From positions 1 to 10,946 of the forward strand of contig JBMFHL010000025.1 in NCBI GenBank assembly GCA_049976845.1: a stretch of DNA of 10,946 nt, given 5' to 3'. The DNA comes from Candidatus Micrarchaeia archaeon (GTDB lineage: Archaea > Micrarchaeota > Micrarchaeia > Micrarchaeales > CABMGC01). Under the pieces are notes generated by a model, which worked only from the letters and a program-made list of their open reading frames with translations, searched no databases and was not told the DNA's origin. Positions 7,710-10,946 of this stretch are shown here, in pieces; within the stretch, counting starts at the first letter, position 1; every line of letters begins with the position of its first letter. The translations under genes and the position numbers were made by a program.

Positions 7710-8765
7710 TCAGATTATCTTGAACTTGCCGAAGAAAGCCTCAGAGCCGAGCAGCTGAGAAAATTCCCTTATCGAAATGCCGGTTATTACAAGGCTGAAT
7801 ATGGGCAATATGAATACCTGCATTATTATCGATGAAATGAATGATAGCAGCTTGTTTATGGCACTGCCAAGCACTGAGGAAAGGTTAGTGGCATCGCTCT
7901 CTATATTTATTACGCTGCCAGATTCGGCGCTTTGGCTAGAATTCACTGCATTGATTATGCCAAAGGACTCGTTCTTGAGCGAAGACGCGCTGCTCACCAT
8001 GACGTTTATGTTGCTTATGCTATAGTTGGCGCTATATGCATTGAGCAGTGTCGCATTGAACAGGTATGACAATGGGAATATTATGTACAAGCCAAGCATG
8101 GCAGCTATAAAGAAGCCGCCGAGCTTCCTTGTAGGGTAAAATGCGCGCAGCACAAGGCCCAGAGGCAGCAATATTGTGGTTGATACAAGTGAAATAAACA
8201 TCAGGAGAAACGCCTGGGCGGAGATGCTTACCGCTATTGTAGTAAGTATGCTTATCACGTACTGTATCTCACTTATGAAAGGCTTTACCAGATATGACAG
8301 GCTTAGCGTTATAAATACAAGATTAAGCTCCACCGATGCTATAGCACCAAGCAATGCGCTAAGCATAAAAAGCGCTGCCAGCAGCGCGGTCGTGGTGTCA
8401 AGCAAGGATATGTGGGAAGTGCCCATGAATGTGTATGGAGTGGCGCCAGCAAGATATGAGTATGCAAAGCATATTGCAAGGTTTATGTGCATGTAGGAGG
8501 GGCAAGAGAAGCTAGTGTTACTAGGTATGAGCGAGTTTATGGCCTGCGTCATTATTCCGTTGTTTGCAAAAAGGACAAGAAGGCCGCCTACGAGCATGCC
8601 GTTTATTATTGATTGGTATAATTCATTTTTACCGAATTCCTTGAGCTTCTTATCCTCCAGCGCATATCCTAAGCCTAAAATAATTCCGCTCACTGAAAGC
8701 ATTATGCCTACTAGATCTACAGCTATCGTAAACCCATAAGGACCGAATGGCAATATGGCAGGCAT
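7710..8765 (-). CDS. Polytopic membrane protein, CedA/VirB6-like channel candidate (351 aa)
   Basis: About 6-8 hydrophobic segments. The motif LPLGLVLRAFYPTRKLGGFFIAAMLGLYIIFP resembles my recollection of the LG..L...P...R..G...IA.....Y...P core of crenarchaeal CedA. Sits between a VirB2-like pilin and a VirB4-like ATPase. Confidence 0.65.
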   Translation of the reverse strand: MPAILPFGPYGFTIAVDLVGIMLSVSGIILGLGYALEDKKLKEFGKNELYQSIINGMLVGGLLVLFANNGIMTQAINSLIPSNTSFSCPSYMHINLAICFAYSYLAGATPYTFMGTSHISLLDTTTALLAALFMLSALLGAIASVELNLVFITLSLSYLVKPFISEIQYVISILTTIAVSISAQAFLLMFISLVSTTILLPLGLVLRAFYPTRKLGGFFIAAMLGLYIIFPLSYLFNATLLNAYSANYSISNINVMVSSASSLKNESFGIINAVNSSQSAESGSVINIESDATNLSSVLGSAINKLLSFISSIIMQVFILPIFSLVITGISIREFSQLLGSEAFFGKFKII

Positions 8766-8769
8766 TTAT

Positions 8770-9156
8770 TCACTTCAGCGCATTTGAGGACATGTTTGTC
8801 AGGAGCTGAGTGGAAGCGAGGGCTAAGCTGTTCGATGTTACTGCCAATACTGCTACAACAATCGCACCTATTATTATGTTGATAGAAGCAGTGTGGAAGT
8901 TGGCCCTCTTGTCTGGAGGCAGCAGCTGCCCAACCGCATAGAAAACTCCTGCTATTACGAAAAGCACTGCACTTAGCATCGGGCCCAAATGCATAAGCAA
9001 CTGCTGCACATAATTCAATGTCCCTATTATATCGAAGGTGAATGTTGCCGCTTTTACGCTTGTGCCGAAGCCTATTATCATTAACAGAGGCACCTTAGCC
9101 AGAGCCCTCCTCAGCACCTTGTTATTTCCCAAAATACCTGTTTTTTGCATTACCAT
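8770..9156 (-). CDS. VirB2/TrbC-like (conjugative-type) pilin precursor, ~128 aa
   Basis: Likely start ATG 9156 (or 9150) after an AGTGA RBS-like site; the track's 9252 start runs through the promoter. Sec-type leader (RRALAK / VPLLMIIGFG / TSVKA-A), an amphipathic helix, then two TM helices joined by a basic loop (AGVFYAVGQLLPPDKRANF...IIIGAIVVAVL), the VirB2 topology. No class III prepilin motif. Confidence 0.7.
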   Translation of the reverse strand: MVMQKTGILGNNKVLRRALAKVPLLMIIGFGTSVKAATFTFDIIGTLNYVQQLLMHLGPMLSAVLFVIAGVFYAVGQLLPPDKRANFHTASINIIIGAIVVAVLAVTSNSLALASTQLLTNMSSNALK

Positions 9157-9200
9157 TGCATCACTACTAACTGCTTTATGATATCTTTTATTTAAGTAAA

Positions 9201-9216
9201 TATATAAATACTTTTC
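9201..9216 (-). promoter_or_regulatory. BRE-TATA promoter of the nine-gene operon
   Basis: Minus strand reads GAAAAG-TA-TTTATATA, a near-consensus archaeal BRE plus TATA box. Predicted transcription start near 9178, about 22 nt before ATG 9156. Confidence 0.7.
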
Positions 9217-9261
9217 TATAATTTTGTATATTAATTCCCAATAACATGGCAAGGTGTGATA

Positions 9262-9298
9262 TTAATATAAATGTTTCCGATAAAATAGACTAAAGGTG
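9262..9298 (+). promoter_or_regulatory. Putative TATA box and RBS of rpl10e
   Basis: TTAATATAAA at 9262-9271 and AGGTG at 9294-9298, 5 nt before ATG 9304. Confidence 0.5.
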
Positions 9299-9303
9299 TT
9301 AGT

Positions 9304-9858
9304 ATGAGAATAAGGCCTGCAAGGGCAACTAGAACCATAAACAGCCAGGCATGGGGCAGATATTCTATAAAGAAGCCTAGAAAGAATTATATAAAGGCAC
9401 TGCCGCATACAAGCTTATTAATATTTAAGATGGGAGTTGACAAGCCAGACTATGACATGGTATTGAAACTGAATGTTGAAGAAAGCGTACAGTTGAGATC
9501 TAACGCGCTTGAAGCTGCGAGGCAGGCTGCAAACAAGTATCTTGAGAAAGAGATACCGAGCAACTACCTGCTCAGGGTGATACCTTATCCGCACAACGTG
9601 CTCAGGGAGAAGCGCATGGCTACCGGTGCGGGAGCAGACAGAATTTCACAGGGTATGACTCTGGCATTCGGCAAGCCTACTGCTGTTGCAGCTAGGGTTT
9701 TCCGGGGGCAAAGTATACTAGAATTGAAGGTGCAATCAAGCAAAAGAAAGATAGCTTATGATGCACTGAAGCGTGCCGCATCGAAGCTTTCAGGCACATA
9801 CAAGATAGTGGCTGAACAGCTTGAGCACCAAACTAAGAGCGGAGGCACTGCAGCTTAA
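9304..9858 (+). CDS. rpl10e: 50S ribosomal protein uL16 (archaeal L10e)
   Basis: MR.RPAR, Q.R.NALEAAR..AN.YL, YPH.VLRE.RM.TGAGADR.SQGM..AFGKP...AARV..GQ and AL.RA..KL are diagnostic of archaeal/eukaryotic L10e. Confidence 0.97.
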   Translation: MRIRPARATRTINSQAWGRYSIKKPRKNYIKALPHTSLLIFKMGVDKPDYDMVLKLNVEESVQLRSNALEAARQAANKYLEKEIPSNYLLRVIPYPHNVLREKRMATGAGADRISQGMTLAFGKPTAVAARVFRGQSILELKVQSSKRKIAYDALKRAASKLSGTYKIVAEQLEHQTKSGGTAA

Positions 9859-9895
9859 TTGCTTGTTTCTTATTCTTTCTTATTCTTATCCTTAT
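9859..9895 (+). terminator. Pyrimidine-rich putative archaeal terminator after rpl10e, containing a 10-bp tandem duplication
   Basis: TTGCTTGTTTCTTATTCTTTCTTATTCTTATCCTTAT directly after the stop; TTTCTTATTC occurs twice in tandem at 9866-9885. Confidence 0.4.
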
Positions 9896-9917
9896 ATTAC
9901 TATATCTGGTGTCAGCA

Positions 9918-10826
9918 ATGAGGATTCTTCTCCAATTTCCAGAAGGGCTTAAGCAGCACGCCTTGGAGCATGCAAAAAAATTAGAGAAAGAAGGCAATGA
10001 GGTTTTTATCTCCGCTTCGCCCACCTTTGGCGCATGCGATCTGGCAATAGACGAGGCGAAAAAAATAGGCGCGGATAAGCTCGTCCATTTCGGGCATGCC
10101 GAGTTCATGCATGTCGACTTCAACGTAGAGTATGTAGAATATAGGATAGATGCGGATTTGGGCATTTTGGAGAAGAGCATAGAAGAATTAGAAAATTACA
10201 AAAGCATAGGCATTGTGACAACAGTGCAGCATGTCCAGCAGCTCGATGCAATAAAAGATTTTTATGAGAAAAGGGGAAAGAAGGTTATTATAGGAAAGCC
10301 CTATGGATTTGCGAAGTACGACGGCCAGGTGCTGGGATGCGATGCTGGAAGCGCCGCCACGATAGACAACGAGGTTGATTGCTTCGTGTACTTCGGCGGT
10401 GGACTTTTCCACCCGCTTGGCGCGGTTTACGCAACGACAAAACCTTTTCTTGCAATAGACCCTTTTGAAGGCAAATGGCTCTGGCTAGACCATTATAGGG
10501 ATGAGAGAAAAAAGAAAGACAGGGCAATGGTTGTGATGAGCATGTCGGCAAAGAGGTTCGGCATATTGGTAAGCACAAAGAACGGCCAATATAATCTCAA
10601 TCTGGCGATGCTGCTGAAATACAAGATAGAGAAAGAGGGACTTGAAGCTGCGATATTGGTAGCGAATACCTTTGACTTTGACTCCCTAAACAACATGCTT
10701 GAGATAGATGCATTTGTCAATACAGCGTGCCCACGCCTTGCAACAGAGGATTTTGATAGGTTAAGAAAGCCTTTGCTCAGTGCAAATTTGCTTATAGAAG
10801 TGCTTAAGCTAAAGGATAAGAAATAA
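9918..10826 (+). CDS. dph2: 2-(3-amino-3-carboxypropyl)histidine synthase (diphthamide biosynthesis, [4Fe-4S])
   Basis: LQFPEGL, GACD, VHFGH, GQVLGC and TACPR are present, including all three Fe-S cysteines. ATG 9918 is preferred over GTG 9909 because GGTG (9908-9911) lies at RBS spacing. Confidence 0.96.
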   Translation: MRILLQFPEGLKQHALEHAKKLEKEGNEVFISASPTFGACDLAIDEAKKIGADKLVHFGHAEFMHVDFNVEYVEYRIDADLGILEKSIEELENYKSIGIVTTVQHVQQLDAIKDFYEKRGKKVIIGKPYGFAKYDGQVLGCDAGSAATIDNEVDCFVYFGGGLFHPLGAVYATTKPFLAIDPFEGKWLWLDHYRDERKKKDRAMVVMSMSAKRFGILVSTKNGQYNLNLAMLLKYKIEKEGLEAAILVANTFDFDSLNNMLEIDAFVNTACPRLATEDFDRLRKPLLSANLLIEVLKLKDKK

Positions 10827-10849
10827 AAAGAAGAAGCAAAAAAAGAAAG
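10827..10849 (-). terminator. T-rich terminator for the convergent minus-strand gene
   Basis: Minus strand reads CTTTCTTTTTTTGCTTCTTCTTT about 8 nt after the TGA at 10860-10858. Confidence 0.55.
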
Positions 10850-10857
10850 AGGTATTT

Positions 10858-10946
10858 TCAGCTTGCCTTCACTGTTATCGTTGCTACCTTCACTAATAGG
10901 TTCTGGGTTCCAGTTGTGCCTGTACCATTATAGGCTAGCCAGACAT
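10858..10946 (-). CDS. C-terminal fragment of a secreted/surface protein, probably an archaeal type IV pilin-like protein
   Basis: Absent from the ORF track. Open frame ...VWLAYNGTGTTGTQNLLVKVATITVKAS* with an N-G-T sequon and a terminal beta-strand. The 'W..Y...K(V/I)AT...K' ending resembles my recollection of Micrarchaeota pilin-like paralogues. The diagnostic N-terminus is outside the window. Confidence 0.5.
   Translation of the reverse strand, partial: VWLAYNGTGTTGTQNLLVKVATITVKAS

Noticed and set aside
2426..8739. Numerous short plus-strand ORFs inside the operon
   Set aside because: Ser/Phe/Leu-rich antisense shadows of the minus-strand genes, with no motif support.
2029..9156. Interpretation as a provirus with a packaging ATPase or as an integrated plasmid
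   Set aside because: No integrase, replication protein, recognisable capsid, att repeats or tRNA target, and the genes interlock with housekeeping neighbours. It cannot be fully excluded without comparative data.
2029..9156. Interpretation as a type IV pilus or archaellum operon
   Set aside because: The ATPases carry FtsK/HerA motifs rather than PilB/VirB11 Asp and His boxes, there is no TadC-like platform protein, and the pilin lacks a class III signal peptide.
9157..9252. 5' extension of the pilin ORF to ATG 9252 (160 aa)
   Set aside because: It runs through the AT-rich BRE-TATA promoter and has a non-coding-like composition. ATG 9156/9150 has an RBS-like site and gives a proper signal peptide.
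9866..9885. TTTCTTATTC x2 as a CRISPR remnant or functional repeat
   Set aside because: Only two low-complexity 10-bp copies with no spacer; better explained as slippage in a pyrimidine-rich terminator region.
9833..10720. Minus-strand ORFs overlapping dph2
   Set aside because: Antisense shadows of a conserved gene.
1..10946. tRNA, rRNA, CRISPR array or IS element
   Set aside because: The window is almost fully protein-coding (largest intergenic gap 147 bp), and no such structure was seen.

Overview
Archaeal chromosomal window. The gene content (uL16/L10e, Dph2, Nre), GGTGA-type ribosome-binding sites, BRE-TATA promoters and the style of the membrane proteins suggest a DPANN archaeon, probably Micrarchaeota (inference). 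Housekeeping genes flank the window: a partial Xaa-Pro aminopeptidase, a Nudix hydrolase and the DNA-repair protein Nre on the left; rpl10e, dph2 and the 3' end of a probable pilin-like surface protein on the right. Between them is a ~7.1 kb, nine-gene, tightly packed minus-strand operon (9156->2029). It encodes a VirB2/TrbC-like pilin with a signal peptide, a CedA/VirB6-like polytopic membrane protein, a membrane-anchored VirB4-N-like protein, a compact VirB4/HerA-like ATPase, a winged-helix protein, three small membrane proteins and a second, large FtsK/HerA-superfamily ATPase. No relaxase, integrase, att site or tRNA is recognisable. The operon therefore looks like a domesticated type-IV-secretion/Ced-like apparatus for DNA or macromolecule transfer, possibly used in host contact or DNA uptake. 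All family assignments come from motif recognition by eye, not from database searches.
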